Source: the human T2T-CHM13v2.0 reference genome, Homo sapiens
Length of the DNA: 64,000 bases
Direction: 5' to 3' (one strand)
Assembly: GCF_009914755.1 (NCBI RefSeq)
Contig: NC_060935.1
The position numbers were made by a program, and so were the translations under genes. Position 1 is the first letter of the stretch. Each line of letters begins with the position of its first letter. Below are positions 27,301 to 41,500 of the stretch, in pieces. Below the pieces are notes generated by a model. The model was not told the DNA's origin. It searched no databases and worked only from the letters and a program-made list of their open reading frames with translations.

Positions 27301-29590
27301 CTCTCTGAGGATTTCGTTGGAAACGGGATAAACTTCCCAGAACTACACGGAAGCATTCTGAGAAACTTCTTTGTGATGTTTGCATTCAACTCACAGAGTT
27401 GAACCTTGCTTTCATAGTTCAGCTTTCAAACACTTTTTTTGTAGAATCTGCAAGTGGATATTTGGACCACTTTGTGGCCTTCCTTCGAAACGGGTATATC
27501 TTCACATCAAACCTAGACAGAAGCATTCTCAGAATGTTTCCTGTGATGACTGCATTCAACTCACAGAGGTGAACAATCCTGCTGATGGAGGAGTTTTGAA
27601 ACTCTCTTTCTTTGGATTCTGCAAGTGGATATGTGGACCTCTGTGAAGATTTCGTTGGAAACGGGTTCATCTTCACAGAAAAACTAAACAGAAGCATTCT
27701 CAGAAACTGCTTTGTGATGTTTGTGTTCCACTTCAGGAATTGAACTTTCCTCTTGACAGAGCAGCTCTGAAACCCTCTTATTCTAGAATCTGCAAGTGGA
27801 CATTTGGAGGGCTTTGAGGCCTGTGGTGGAAAAGGAAAATCTTCACATAAAAACTAGATGGAAGCATTCTCAGAAACTACTTTGTGATGATTGCATTCGA
27901 CTCACAGAGTTGAACATTCCTATAGATAGAGCAGGTTGTAAACAATCTTTTTCTAGAATCTGCTATTGGAGATTTGGACTCCTTTGAGGCCTACTGTAGT
28001 AAAGGAAATAACTTCATCTAAAAACCAAACGGAAGCATTCACAGACAATTCTCAGGATCATTGGATTGAACTAACAGAGCTGAACATTCCTTTAGATGGA
28101 GCAGTTTCCAAACACACTTTCTGTAGAATCTGCAAGTGGATATTTGGACTTCTCTGAGAATTTCGTTGGAAAAGGGATAAACTTCCCAGAACTACACGGA
28201 AGCATTGTGAGAAACTTCTTTGTGATGTTTGCATTCAACTCACAGAGTTGAACCTTGCTTTCATAGTTCAGCTTTCAAACACTCTTTTTGTAGAATCTGC
28301 AAGTGGATATTTGGACCACTTTGTGGCCTTCCTTCGAAACGGGTATATCTTCACATCAAACCTAGACAGAAGCATTCTCAGAATGTTTCCTGTGATGACT
28401 GCATTCAACTCACAGAGGTGAACAATCCTGCTGATGGAGCAGTTTTGAAACTCTCTTTCTTTGGATTCTGCATGTGGATATGTTGACCTCTGTGAAGATT
28501 TCGTTGGAAACGGGTTCATCTTCACAGAAAAACTAAACAGGAGCATTCTCAGAAACTGCTTTGTGATGTTTGTGTTCCACTTCAAGAATTGAACTTTCCT
28601 CTTGACAGAGCAGCTCTGAAACCCTCTTTTTCTAGAATCTGCAAGTGGACATTTGGAAGGATTTGAGGCCTGTGGTGGAAAAGGAAAATCTTCATATAAA
28701 AACTAGATGGAAGCATTCTCAGAAACTACTTTGTGATGATTGCATTCGACTCACAGAGTTGAACATTCCTATAGATAGAGCAGGTTGTAAACAATCTTTT
28801 TGTAGAATCTGCGATTGGAGATTTGGACTGCTTTGAGGCCTACTGTAGTAAAGGAAATAACTTCATCTAAAAACCAAACGGAAGCATTTACAGACAATTC
28901 TTAGTGATCATTGGATTGAACTAACAGAGCTGAACATTCCTTTAGATGGAGCAGTTTCCAAACCCACTTTCTGTAGAATCTGCAAGTGGATATTTGGACT
29001 TCTCTGAGGATTTCGTTGGAAACGGGATAAACTTCCCAGAACTACAGGGAAGCATTGTGAGAAACTTCTTTGTGATGTTTGCATTCAACTCACAGAGTTG
29101 AACCTTGCTTTCATAGTTCAGCTTTCAAACACTCTTTTTGTAGAATCTGCAAGTGGATATTTGGACCACTTTGGGGCCTTCCTTCGAAACGGGTATATCT
29201 TCACATCAAACCTAGACAGAAGCATTCTCAGAATGTTTCCTGTGATGACTGCATTCAACTCACAGAGGTGAACAATCCTGTTGATGGAGCACTTTTGAAA
29301 CTCTCTTTCTTTGGATTCTGCAAGTTGATATGTGGACCTCTGTGAAGATTTCGTTGGAAACGGGTTCATCTTCACAGAAAAACTAAACAGAAGCATTCTC
29401 AGAAACTACTTTGTGATGTTTGTGTTCCACTTCAAGAATTGAACTTTCCTCTTGACAGAGCAGCTCTGAAACCCTCTTTTTCTAGAATCTGCAAGTGGAC
29501 ATTTGGAGGGCTTTGAGGCCTGTGGTGGAAAAGGAAAATCTTCACATAAAAACTAGATGGAAGCATTCTCAGAAACTACTTTGTGATGAT
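24400..29590 (+). repeat. Tandem super-repeat of 3 HORs, period 2549 bp (~2 copies)
   Basis: Units 24831/25680/26530 repeat at 27380/28229/29079. Shared markers are acacttttttt, ggactcctttg, tctcaggatc (1-bp deletion), cttcatataa and tttggggcc. Boundaries approximate. Confidence 0.85.
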
Positions 29591-32500
29591 TGCATTCGTC
29601 TCACAGAGTTGAACATTCCTATAGATAGAGCAGGTTGTAAACAATCTTTTTGTAGAATCTGCGATTGGAGATTTGGACTGCTTGGAGGCCTACTGTAGTA
29701 AAGTAAATAACTTCATCTAAAAACCAAACGGAAGCATTCACAGACAATTCTTAGTGATCATTGCATTGAACTAACAGAGCTGAACATTCCTTTAGATGGC
29801 GCAGTTTCCAAACACACTTTCTGTAGAATCTGCAAGTGGATATTTGGACCTCTCTGAGGATTTCGTTGGAAACCGGATAAACTTCCCAGAACTACACGGA
29901 AGCACTGTGAGAAAATTCTTTGGATGTTTGCATTCAACTCACAGAGTTGAACCTTGCTTTCATAGTTCAGCTTTCAAACACTCTTTTTGTAGAATCTGCA
30001 AGTGGATATTTGGACCACTTTGTGGCCTTCCTTCGAAACGGGTATATCTTCCCATCAAACCTAGACAGAAGCATTCTCAGAATGTTTCCTGTGATGACTG
30101 CATTCAACTCACAGAGGTGAACAATCCTGTTGATGGAGCACTTTTGAAACTCTCTTTCTTTGGATTCTGCAAGTTGATATGTGGACCTCTGTGAAGATTT
30201 CGTTGGAAACGGGTTCATCTTCACAGAAAAACTAAACAGAAGCATTCTCAGAAACTACTATGTGATGTTTGTGTTCCACTTCAAGAATTGAACTTTCCTC
30301 TTGACAGAGCAGCTCTGAAACCCTCTTTTTCTAGAATCTGCAAGTGAACATTTGGAGGGCTTTGAGGCCTGTGGTGGAAAAGGAAAATCTTCACATAAAA
30401 ACTAGATGGAAGCATTCTCAGAAACTACTTTGTGATGATTGCATTCGACTCACAGAGTTGAACATTCCTATAGATAGAGCAGGTTGTAAACAATCTTTTT
30501 GTAGAATCTGCGATTGGAGATTTGGACTGCTTTGAGGCCTACTGTAGTAAAGGAAATAACTTCATCTAAAAACCAAACGGAAGCATTCACAGACAATTCT
30601 TAGTGATCATTGCATTGAACTAACAGAGCTGAACATTCCTTTAGATGGCGCAGTTTCCAAACACACTTTCTGTAGAATCTGCAAGTGGATATTTGGACCT
30701 CTCTGAGGATTTCGTTAGAAAAGGGATAAACTTCCCAGAACTACACGGAAGCATGCTGAGAAACTTCTTTGTGATGTTTGCATTCAACTCACAGAGTTGA
30801 ACCTTGCTTTCATAGTTCAGCTTTCAAACACTCTTTTTGTAGAATCTGCAAGTGGATATTTGGACCACTTTGTGGCCTTCCTTGAAACGGGTATATCTTC
30901 ACATCAAACCTAGACAGAAGCATTCTCAGAATGTTTCCTGTGATGACTGCATTCAACTCACAGAGGTGAACAATCCTGCTGATGGAGCAGTTTTGAAACT
31001 CTCTTTCTTTGGATTCTGCAAGTGGATATGTGGACCTCTGTGAAGATTTCGTTGGAAACGGGTTCATCTTCACAGAAAAACTAAACAGAAGCATTCTCAG
31101 AAACTGCTTTGTGATGTTTGTGTTCCACTTCAGGAATTGAACTTTCCTCTTGACAGAGCAGCTCTGAAACCCTCTTTTTCTAGAATCTGCAAGTGGACAT
31201 TTGGAGGGCTTTGAGGCCTGTGGTGGAAAAGGAAAATCTTCACATAAAAACTAGATGGAAGCATTCTCAGAAACTACTTTGTGATGATTGCATTCGACTC
31301 ACAGAGTTGAACATTCCTATAGATAGAGCAGGTTGTAAACAATCTTTTTCTAGAATCTGCTATTGGAGATTTGGACTCCTTTGAGGCCTACTGTAGTAAA
31401 GGAAATAACTTCATCTAAAAACCAAACGGAAGCATTCACAGACAATTCTCAGGATCATTGGATTGAACTAACAGAGCTGAACATTCCTTTAGATGGAGCA
31501 GTTTCCAAACACACTTTCTGTAGAATCTGCAAGTGGATATTTGGACTTCTCTGAGAATTTCGTTGGAAAAGGGATAAACTTCCCAGAACTACACGGAAGC
31601 ATTGTGAGAAACTTCTTTGTGATGTTTGCATTCAACTCACAGAGTTGAACCTTGCTTTCATAGTTCAGCTTTCAAGCACTCTTTTTGTAGAATCTGCAAG
31701 TGGATATTTGGACCACTTTGTGGCCTTCCTTCGAAACGGGTATATCTTCACATCAAACCTAGACAGAAGCATTCTCAGAATGTTTCCTGTGATGACTGCA
31801 TTCAACTCACAGAGGTGAACAATCCTGCTGATGGAGCAGTTTTGAAACTCTCTTTCTTTGGATTCTGCATGTGGATATGTTGACCTCTGTGAAGATTTCG
31901 TTGGAAACGGGTTCATCTTCACAGAAAAACTAAACAGGAGCATTCTCAGAAACTGCTTTGTGATGTTTGTGTTCCACTTCAAGAATTGAACTTTCCTCTT
32001 GACAGAGCAGCTCTGAAACCCTCTTTTTCTAGAATCTGCAAGTGGACATTTGGAAGGATTTGAGGCCTGTGGTGGAAAAGGAAAATCTTCATATAAAAAC
32101 TAGATGGAAGCATTCTCAGAAACTACTTTGTGATGATTGCATTCGACTCACAGAGTTGAACATTCCTATAGATAGAGCAGGTTGTAAACAATCTTTTTGT
32201 AGAATCTGCGATTGGAGATTTGGACTGCTTTGAGACCTACTGTAGTAAAGGAAATAACTTCATCTAAAAACCAAACGGAAGCATTTACAGACAATTCTTA
32301 GTGATCATTGGATTGAACTAACAGAGCTGAACATTCCTTTAGATGGAGCAGTTTCCAAACCCACTTTCTGTAGAATCTGCAAGTGGATATTTGGACTTCT
32401 CTGAGGATTTCGTTGGAAACGGGATAAACTTCCCAGAACTACAGGGAAGCATTGTGAGAAACTTCTTTGTGATGTTTGCATTCAACTCACAGAGTTGAAC

Positions 32501-35500
32501 CTTGCTTTCATAGTTCAGCTTTCAAACACTCTTTTTGTAGAATCTGCAAGTGGATATTTGGACCACTTTGGGGCCTTCCTTCGAAACGGGTATATCTTCA
32601 CATCAAACCTAGACAGAAGCATTCTCAGAATGTTTCCTGTGATGACTGCATTCAACTCACAGAGGTGAACAATCCTGTTGATGGAGCACTTTTGAAACTC
32701 TCTTTCTTTGGATTCTGCAAGTTGATATGTGGACCTCTGTGAAGATTTCGTTGGAAACGGGTTCATCTTCACAGAAAAACTAAACAGAAGCATTCTCAGA
32801 AACTACTTTGTGATGTTTGTGTTCCACTTCAAGAATTGAACTTTCCTCTTGACAGAGCAGCTCTGAAACCCTCTTTTTCTAGAATCTGCAAGTGGACATT
32901 TGGAGGGCTTTGAGGCCTGTGGTGGAAAAGGAAAATCTTCACATAAAAACTAGATGGAAGCATTCTCAGAAACTACTTTGTGATGATTGCATTCGACTCA
33001 CAGAGTTGAACATTCCTATAGATAGAGCAGGTTGTAAACAATCTTTTTGTAGAATCTGCGATTGGAGATTCGGACTGCTTTGAGGCCTACTGTAGTAAAG
33101 GAAATAACTTCATCTAAAAACCAAACGGAAGCATTCACAGACAATTCTTAGTGATCATTGCATTGAACTAACAGAGCTGAACATTCCTTTACATGGCGCA
33201 GTTTCCAAACACACTTTCTGTAGAATCTGCAAGTGGATATTTGGACCTCTCTGAGGATTTCGTTGGAAACGGGATAAACTTCCCAGAACTACACGGAAGC
33301 ATTCTGAGAAACTTCTTTGTGATGTTTGCATTCAACTCACAGAGTTGAACCTTGCTTTCATAGTTCAGCTTTCAAACACTTTTTTTGTAGAATCTGCAAG
33401 TGGATATTTGGACCACTTTGTGGCCTTCCTTCGAAACGGGTATATCTTCACATCAAACCTAGACAGAAGCATTCTCAGAATGTTTCCTGTGATGACTGCA
33501 TTCAACTCACAGAGGTGAACAATCCTGCTGATGGAGGAGTTTTGAAACTCTCTTTCTTTGGATTCTGCAAGTGGATATGTGGACCTCTGTGAAGATTTCG
33601 TTGGAAACGGGTTCATCTTCACAGAAAAACTAAACAGAAGCATTCTCAGAAACTGCTTTGTGATGTTTGTGTTCCACTTCAGGAATTGAACTTTCCTCTT
33701 GACAGAGCAGCTCTGAAACCCTCTTATTCTAGAATCTGCAAGTGGACATTTGGAGGGCTTTGAGGCCTGTGGTGGAAAAGGAAAATCTTCACATAAAAAC
33801 TAGATGGAAGCATTCTCAGAAACTACTTTGTGATGATTGCATTCGACTCACAGAGTTGAACATTCCTATAGATAGAGCAGGTTGTAAACAATCTTTTTCT
33901 AGAATCTGCTATTGGAGATTTGGACTCCTTTGAGGCCTACTGTAGTAAAGGAAATAACTTCATCTAAAAACCAAACGGAAGCATTCACAGACAATTCTCA
34001 GGATCATTGGATTGAACTAACAGAGCTGAACATTCCTTTAGATGGAGCAGTTTCCAAACACACTTTCTGTAGAATCTGCAAGTGGATATTTGGACTTCTC
34101 TGAGAATTTCGTTGGAAAAGGGATAAACTTCCCAGAACTACACGGAAGCATTGTGAGAAACTTCTTTGTGATGTTTGCATTCAACTCACAGAGTTGAACC
34201 TTGCTTTCATAGTTCAGCTTTCAAACACTCTTTTTGTAGAATCTGCAAGTGGATATTTGGACCACTTTGTGGCCTTCCTTCGAAACGGGTATATCTTCAC
34301 ATCAAACCTAGACAGAAGCATTCTCAGAATGTTTCCTGTGATGACTGCATTCAACTCACAGAGGTGAACAATCCTGCTGATGGAGCAGTTTTGAAACTCT
34401 CTTTCTTTGGATTCTGCATGTGGATATGTTGACCTCTGTGAAGATTTCGTTGGAAACGGGTTCATCTTCACAGAAAAACTAAACAGGAGCATTCTCAGAA
34501 ACTGCTTTGTGATGTTTGTGTTCCACTTCAAGAATTGAACTTTCCTCTTGACAGAGCAGCTCTGAAACCCTCTTTTTCTAGAATCTGCAAGTGGACATTT
34601 GGAAGGATTTGAGGCCTGTGGTGGAAAAGGAAAATCTTCATATAAAAACTAGATGGAAGCATTCTCAGAAACTACTTTGTGATGATTGCATTCGACTCAC
34701 AGAGTTGAACATTCCTATAGATAGAGCAGGTTGTAAACAATCTTTTTGTAGAATCTGCGATTGGAGATTCGGACTGCTTTGAGGCCTACTGTAGTAAAGG
34801 AAATAACTTCATCTAAAAACCAAACGGAAGCATTTACAGACAATTCTTAGTGATCATTGGATTGAACTAACAGAGCTGAACATTCCTTTAGATGGAGCAG
34901 TTTCCAAACCCACTTTCTGTAGAATCTGCAAGTGGATATTTGGACTTCTCTGAGGATTTCGTTGGAAACGGGATAAACTTCCCAGAACTACAGGGAAGCA
35001 TTGTGAGAAACTTCTTTGTGATGTTTGCATTCAACTCACAGAGTTGAACCTTGCTTTCATAGTTCAGCTTTCAAACACTCTTTTTGTAGAATCTGCAAGT
35101 GGATATTTGGACCACTTTGGGGCCTTCCTTCGAAACGGGTATATCTTCACATCAAACCTAGACAGAAGCATTCTCAGAATGTTTCCTGTGATGACTGCAT
35201 TCAACTCACAGAGGTGAACAATCCTGTTGATGGAGCACTTTTGAAACTCTCTTTCTTTGGATTCTGCAAGTTGATATGTGGACCTCTGTGAAGATTTCGT
35301 TGGAAACGGGTTCATCTTCACAGAAAAACTAAACAGAAGCATTCTCAGAAACTACTTTGTGATGTTTGTGTTCCACTTCAAGAATTGAACTTTCCTCTTG
35401 ACAGAGCAGCTCTGAAACCCTCTTTTTCTAGAATCTGCAAGTGGACATTTGGAGGGCTTTGAGGCCTGTGGTGGAAAAGGAAAATCTTCACATAAAAACT

Positions 35501-38500
35501 AGATGGAAGCATTCTCAGAAACTACTTTGTGATGATTGCATTCGTCTCACAGAGTTGAACATTCCTATAGATAGAGCAGGTTGTAAACAATCTTTTTGTA
35601 GAATCTGCGATTGGAGATTTGGACTGCTTGGAGGCCTACTGTAGTAAAGTAAATAACTTCATCTAAAAACCAAACGGAAGCATTCACAGACAATTCTTAG
35701 TGATCATTGCATTGAACTAACAGAGCTGAACATTCCTTTAGATGGCGCAGTTTCCAAACACACTTTCTGTAGAATCTGCAAGTGGATATTTGGACCTCTC
35801 TGAGGATTTCGTTGGAAACCGGATAAACTTCCCAGAACTACACGGAAGCACTGTGAGAAAATTCTTTGGATGTTTGCATTCAACTCACAGAGTTGAACCT
35901 TGCTTTCATAGTTCAGCTTTCAAACACTCTTTTTGTAGAATCTGCAAGTGGATATTTGGACCACTTTGTGGCCTTCCTTCGAAACGGGTATATCTTCCCA
36001 TCAAACCTAGACAGAAGCATTCTCAGAATGTTTCCTGTGATGACTGCATTCAACTCACAGAGGTGAACAATCCTGTTGATGGAGCACTTTTGAAACTCTC
36101 TTTCTTTGGATTCTGCAAGTTGATATGTGGACCTCTGTGAAGATTTCGTTGGAAACGGGTTCATCTTCACAGAAAAACTAAACAGAAGCATTCTCAGAAA
36201 CTACTATGTGATGTTTGTGTTCCACTTCAAGAATTGAACTTTCCTCTTGACAGAGCAGCTCTGAAACCCTCTTTTTCTAGAATCTGCAAGTGAACATTTG
36301 GAGGGCTTTGAGGCCTGTGGTGGAAAAGGAAAATCTTCACATAAAAACTAGATGGAAGCATTCTCAGAAACTACTTTGTGATGATTGCATTCGACTCACA
36401 GAGTTGAACATTCCTATAGATAGAGCAGGTTGTAAACAATCTTTTTGTAGAATCTGCGATTGGAGATTTGGACTGCTTTGAGGCCTACTGTAGTAAAGGA
36501 AATAACTTCATCTAAAAACCAAACGGAAGCATTCACAGACAATTCTTAGTGATCATTGCATTGAACTAACAGAGCTGAACATTCCTTTAGATGGCGCAGT
36601 TTCCAAACACACTTTCTGTAGAATCTGCAAGTGGATATTTGGACCTCTCTGAGGATTTCGTTAGAAAAGGGATAAACTTCCCAGAACTACACGGAAGCAT
36701 GCTGAGAAACTTCTTTGTGATGTTTGCATTCAACTCACAGAGTTGAACCTTGCTTTCATAGTTCAGCTTTCAAACACTCTTTTTGTAGAATCTGCAAGTG
36801 GATATTTGGACCACTTTGTGGCCTTCCTTGAAACGGGTATATCTTCACATCAAACCTAGACAGAAGCATTCTCAGAATGTTTCCTGTGATGACTGCATTC
36901 AACTCACAGAGGTGAACAATCCTGCTGATGGAGCAGTTTTGAAACTCTCTTTCTTTGGATTCTGCAAGTGGATATGTGGACCTCTGTGAAGATTTCGTTG
37001 GAAACGGGTTCATCTTCACAGAAAAACTAAACAGAAGCATTCTCAGAAACTGCTTTGTGATGTTTGTGTTCCACTTCAGGAATTGAACTTTCCTCTTGAC
37101 AGAGCAGCTCTGAAACCCTCTTTTTCTAGAATCTGCAAGTGGACATTTGGAGGGCTTTGAGGCCTGTGGTGGAAAAGGAAAATCTTCACATAAAAACTAG
37201 ATGGAAGCATTCTCAGAAACTACTTTGTGATGATTGCATTCGACTCACAGAGTTGAACATTCCTATAGATAGAGCAGGTTGTAAACAATCTTTTTCTAGA
37301 ATCTGCTATTGGAGATTTGGACTCCTTTGAGGCCTACTGTAGTAAAGGAAATAACTTCATCTAAAAACCAAACGGAAGCATTCACAGACAATTCTCAGGA
37401 TCATTGGATTGAACTAACAGAGCTGAACATTCCTTTAGATGGAGCAGTTTCCAAACACACTTTCTGTAGAATCTGCAAGTGGATATTTGGACTTCTCTGA
37501 GAATTTCGTTGGAAAAGGGATAAACTTCCCAGAACTACACGGAAGCATTGTGAGAAACTTCTTTGTGATGTTTGCATTCAACTCACAGAGTTGAACCTTG
37601 CTTTCATAGTTCAGCTTTCAAGCACTCTTTTTGTAGAATCTGCAAGTGGATATTTGGACCACTTTGTGGCCTTCCTTCGAAACGGGTATATCTTCACATC
37701 AAACCTAGACAGAAGCATTCTCAGAATGTTTCCTGTGATGACTGCATTCAACTCACAGAGGTGAACAATCCTGCTGATGGAGCAGTTTTGAAACTCTCTT
37801 TCTTTGGATTCTGCATGTGGATATGTTGACCTCTGTGAAGATTTCGTTGGAAACGGGTTCATCTTCACAGAAAAACTAAACAGGAGCATTCTCAGAAACT
37901 GCTTTGTGATGTTTGTGTTCCACTTCAAGAATTGAACTTTCCTCTTGACAGAGCAGCTCTGAAACCCTCTTTTTCTAGAATCTGCAAGTGGACATTTGGA
38001 AGGATTTGAGGCCTGTGGTGGAAAAGGAAAATCTTCATATAAAAACTAGATGGAAGCATTCTCAGAAACTACTTTGTGATGATTGCATTCGACTCACAGA
38101 GTTGAACATTCCTATAGATAGAGCAGGTTGTAAACAATCTTTTTGTAGAATCTGCGATTGGAGATTTGGACTGCTTTGAGACCTACTGTAGTAAAGGAAA
38201 TAACTTCATCTAAAAACCAAACGGAAGCATTTACAGACAATTCTTAGTGATCATTGGATTGAACTAACAGAGCTGAACATTCCTTTAGATGGAGCAGTTT
38301 CCAAACCCACTTTCTGTAGAATCTGCAAGTGGATATTTGGACTTCTCTGAGGATTTCGTTGGAAACGGGATAAACTTCCCAGAACTACAGGGAAGCATTG
38401 TGAGAAACTTCTTTGTGATGTTTGCATTCAACTCACAGAGTTGAACCTTGCTTTCATAGTTCAGCTTTCAAACACTCTTTTTGTAGAATCTGCAAGTGGA

Positions 38501-38515
38501 TATTTGGACCACTTT
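26290..38515 (+). repeat. Tandem super-repeat of 7 HORs (35 monomers), period 5946 bp (~2 copies)
   Basis: The ORF-track pairs 26530/32476, 27380/33326, 28229/34175, 29079/35025, 29796/35742, 30852/36798 and 31626/37572 are all offset by 5946 and share private variants. Confidence 0.92.
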
Positions 38516-41500
38516 GTGGCCTTCCTTCGAAACGGGTATATCTTCACATCAAACCTAGACAGAAGCATTCTCAGAATGTTTCCTGTGATGACTGCATTCA
38601 ACTCACAGAGGTGAACAATCCTGTTGATGGAGCACTTTTGAAACTCTCTTTCTTTGGATTCTGCAAGTTGATATGTGGACCTCTGTGAAGATTTCGTTGG
38701 AAACGGGTTCATCTTCACAGAAAAACTAAACAGAAGCATTCTCAGAAACTACTTTGTGATGTTTGTGTTCCACTTCAAGAATTGAACTTTCCTCTTGACA
38801 GAGCAGCTCTGAAACCCTCTTTTTCTAGAATCTGCAAGTGGACATTTGGAGGGCTTTGAGGCCTGTGGTGGAAAAGGAAAATCTTCACATAAAAACTAGA
38901 TGGAAGCATTCTCAGAAACTACTTTGTGATGATTGCATTCGACTCACAGAGTTGAACATTCCTATAGATAGAGCAGGTTGTAAACAATCTTTTTGTAGAA
39001 TCTGCGATTGGAGATTTGGACTGCTTTGAGGCCTACTGTAGTAAAGGAAATAACTTCATCTAAAAACCAAACGGAAGCATTCACAGACAATTCTTAGTGA
39101 TCATTGCATTGAACTAACAGAGCTGAACATTCCTTTAGATGGCGCAGTTTCCAAACACACTTTCTGTAGAATGTGCAAGTGGATATTTGGAGCTCTCTGA
39201 GGATTTCGTTGGAAACGGGATAAACTTCCCAGAACTACACGGAAGCATGCTGAGAAACTTCTTTGTGATGTTTGCATTCAACTCACAGAGTTGAACCTTG
39301 CTTTCATAGTTCAGCTTTCAAACACTCTTTTTGTAGAATCTGCAAGTGGATATTTGGACCACTTTGTGGCCTTCCTTCGAAACGGGTATATCTTCACATC
39401 AAACCTAGACAGAAGCATTCTCAGAATGTTTCCTGTGATGACTGCATTCAACTCACAGAGGTGAACAATCCTGCTGATGGAGCAATTTTGAAACTCTCTT
39501 TCTTTGGATTCTGCAAGTGGATATGTGGACCTCTGTGAAGATTTCGTTGGAAACGGGTTCATCTTCACAGAAAAACTAAACAGAAGCATTCTCAAAAACT
39601 ACTTTGTGATGTTTGTGTTCCACTTCAAGAATTGAACTTTCCTCTTGACAGAGCAGCTCTGAAACCCTCTTTTTCTAGAATCTGCAAGTGGACATTTGGA
39701 CGGATTTGAGGCCTGTGGTGGAAAAGGAAAATCTTCACATAAAAACTAGATGGAAGCATTCTCAGAAACTACTTTGTGATGATTGCATTCGACTCACAGA
39801 GTTGAACATTCCTATAGATAGAGCAGGTTGTAAACAATCCTTTTGTAGAATCTGCGATTGGAGATTTGGACTGCTTTGAGGCCTACTGTAGTAAAGGAAA
39901 TAACTTCATCTAAAAACCAAACGGAAGCATTTACAGACAATTCTTAGTGATCATTGGATTGAACTAACAGAGCTGAACATTCCTTTAGATGGAGCAGTTT
40001 CCAAACCCACTTTCTGTAGAATCTGCAAGTGGATATTTGGACTTCTCTGAGGATTTCGTTGGAAACGGGATAAACTTCCCAGAACTACAGGGAAGCATTG
40101 TGAGAAACTTCTTTGTGATGTTTGCATTCAACTCACAGAGTTGAACCTTGTTTTCATAGTTCAGCTTTCAAACACTCTTTTTGTAGAATCTGCAAGTGGA
40201 TATTTGGACCACTTTGTGGCCTTCCTTCGAAACGGGTATATCTTCACATCAAACCTAGACAGAAGCATTCTCAGAATGTTTCCTGTGATGACTGCATTCA
40301 ACTCACAGAGGTGAACAATCCTGTTGATGGAGCACTTTTGAAACTCTCTTTCTTTGGATTCTGCAAGTTGATATGTGGACCTCTGTGAAGATTTCGTTGG
40401 AAACGGGTTCATCTTCACAGAAAAACTAAACAGAAGCATTCTCAGAAACTACTTTGTGATGTTTGTGTTCCACTTCAAGAATTGAACTTTCCTCTTGACA
40501 GAGCAGCTCTGAAACCCTGTTTTTCTAGAATCTGCAAGTGGACATTTGGAGGGCTTTGAGGCCTGTGGTGGAAAAGGAAAATCTTCACATAAAAACTAGA
40601 TGGAAGCATTCTCAGAAACTACTTTGTGATGATTGCATTCGTCTCACAGAGTTGAACATTCCTATAGATAGAGCAGGTTGTAAACAATCTTTTTGTAGAA
40701 TCTGCGATTGGAGATTTGGACTGCTTGGAGGCCTACTGTAGTAAAGTAAATAACTTCATCTAAAAACCAAACGGAAGCATTCACAGACAATTCTTAGTGA
40801 TCATTGCATTGAACTAACAGAGCTGAACATTCCTTTAGATGGCGCAGTTTCCAAACACACTTTCTGTAGAATCTGCAAGTGGATATTTGGACCTCTCTGA
40901 GGATTTCGTTGGAAACGGGATAAACTTCCCAGAACTACACGGAAGCATTCTGAGAAACTTCTTTGTGATGTTTGCATTCAACTCACAGAGTTGAACCTTG
41001 CTTTCATAGTTCAGCTTTCAAACACTCTTTTTGTAGAATCTGCAAGTGGATATTTGGACCACTTTGTGGCCTTCCTTCGAAACGGGTATATCTTCACATC
41101 AAACCTAGACAGAAGCATTCTCAGAATGTTTCCTGTGATGACTGCATTCAACTCACAGAGGTGAACAATCCTGCTGATGGAGCAGTTTTGAAACTCTCTT
41201 TCTTTGGATTCTGCAAGTGGATATGTGGACCTCTGTGAAGATTTCGTTGGAAACGGGTTCATCTTCACAGAAAAACTAAACAGAAACATTCTCACAAACT
41301 GCTTTGTGATGTTTGTGTTCCACTTCAGGAATTGAACTTTCCTCTTCACAGAGCAGCTCTGAAACCCTCTTATTCTAGAATCTGCAAGTGGACATTGGGA
41401 GGGCTTTGAGGCCTGTGGTGGAAAAGGAAAATCTTCACATAAAAACTAGATGGAAGCATTCTCAGAAACTACTTTGTGATGATTGCATTCGACTCACAGA

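Noticed and set aside
29796-30194. Longer ORFs (132 aa here and at 35742; 145 aa at 3584; 108 aa at 6001)
   Set aside because: Each arises from a chance 1-bp indel or stop-codon SNV joining adjacent spurious frames.
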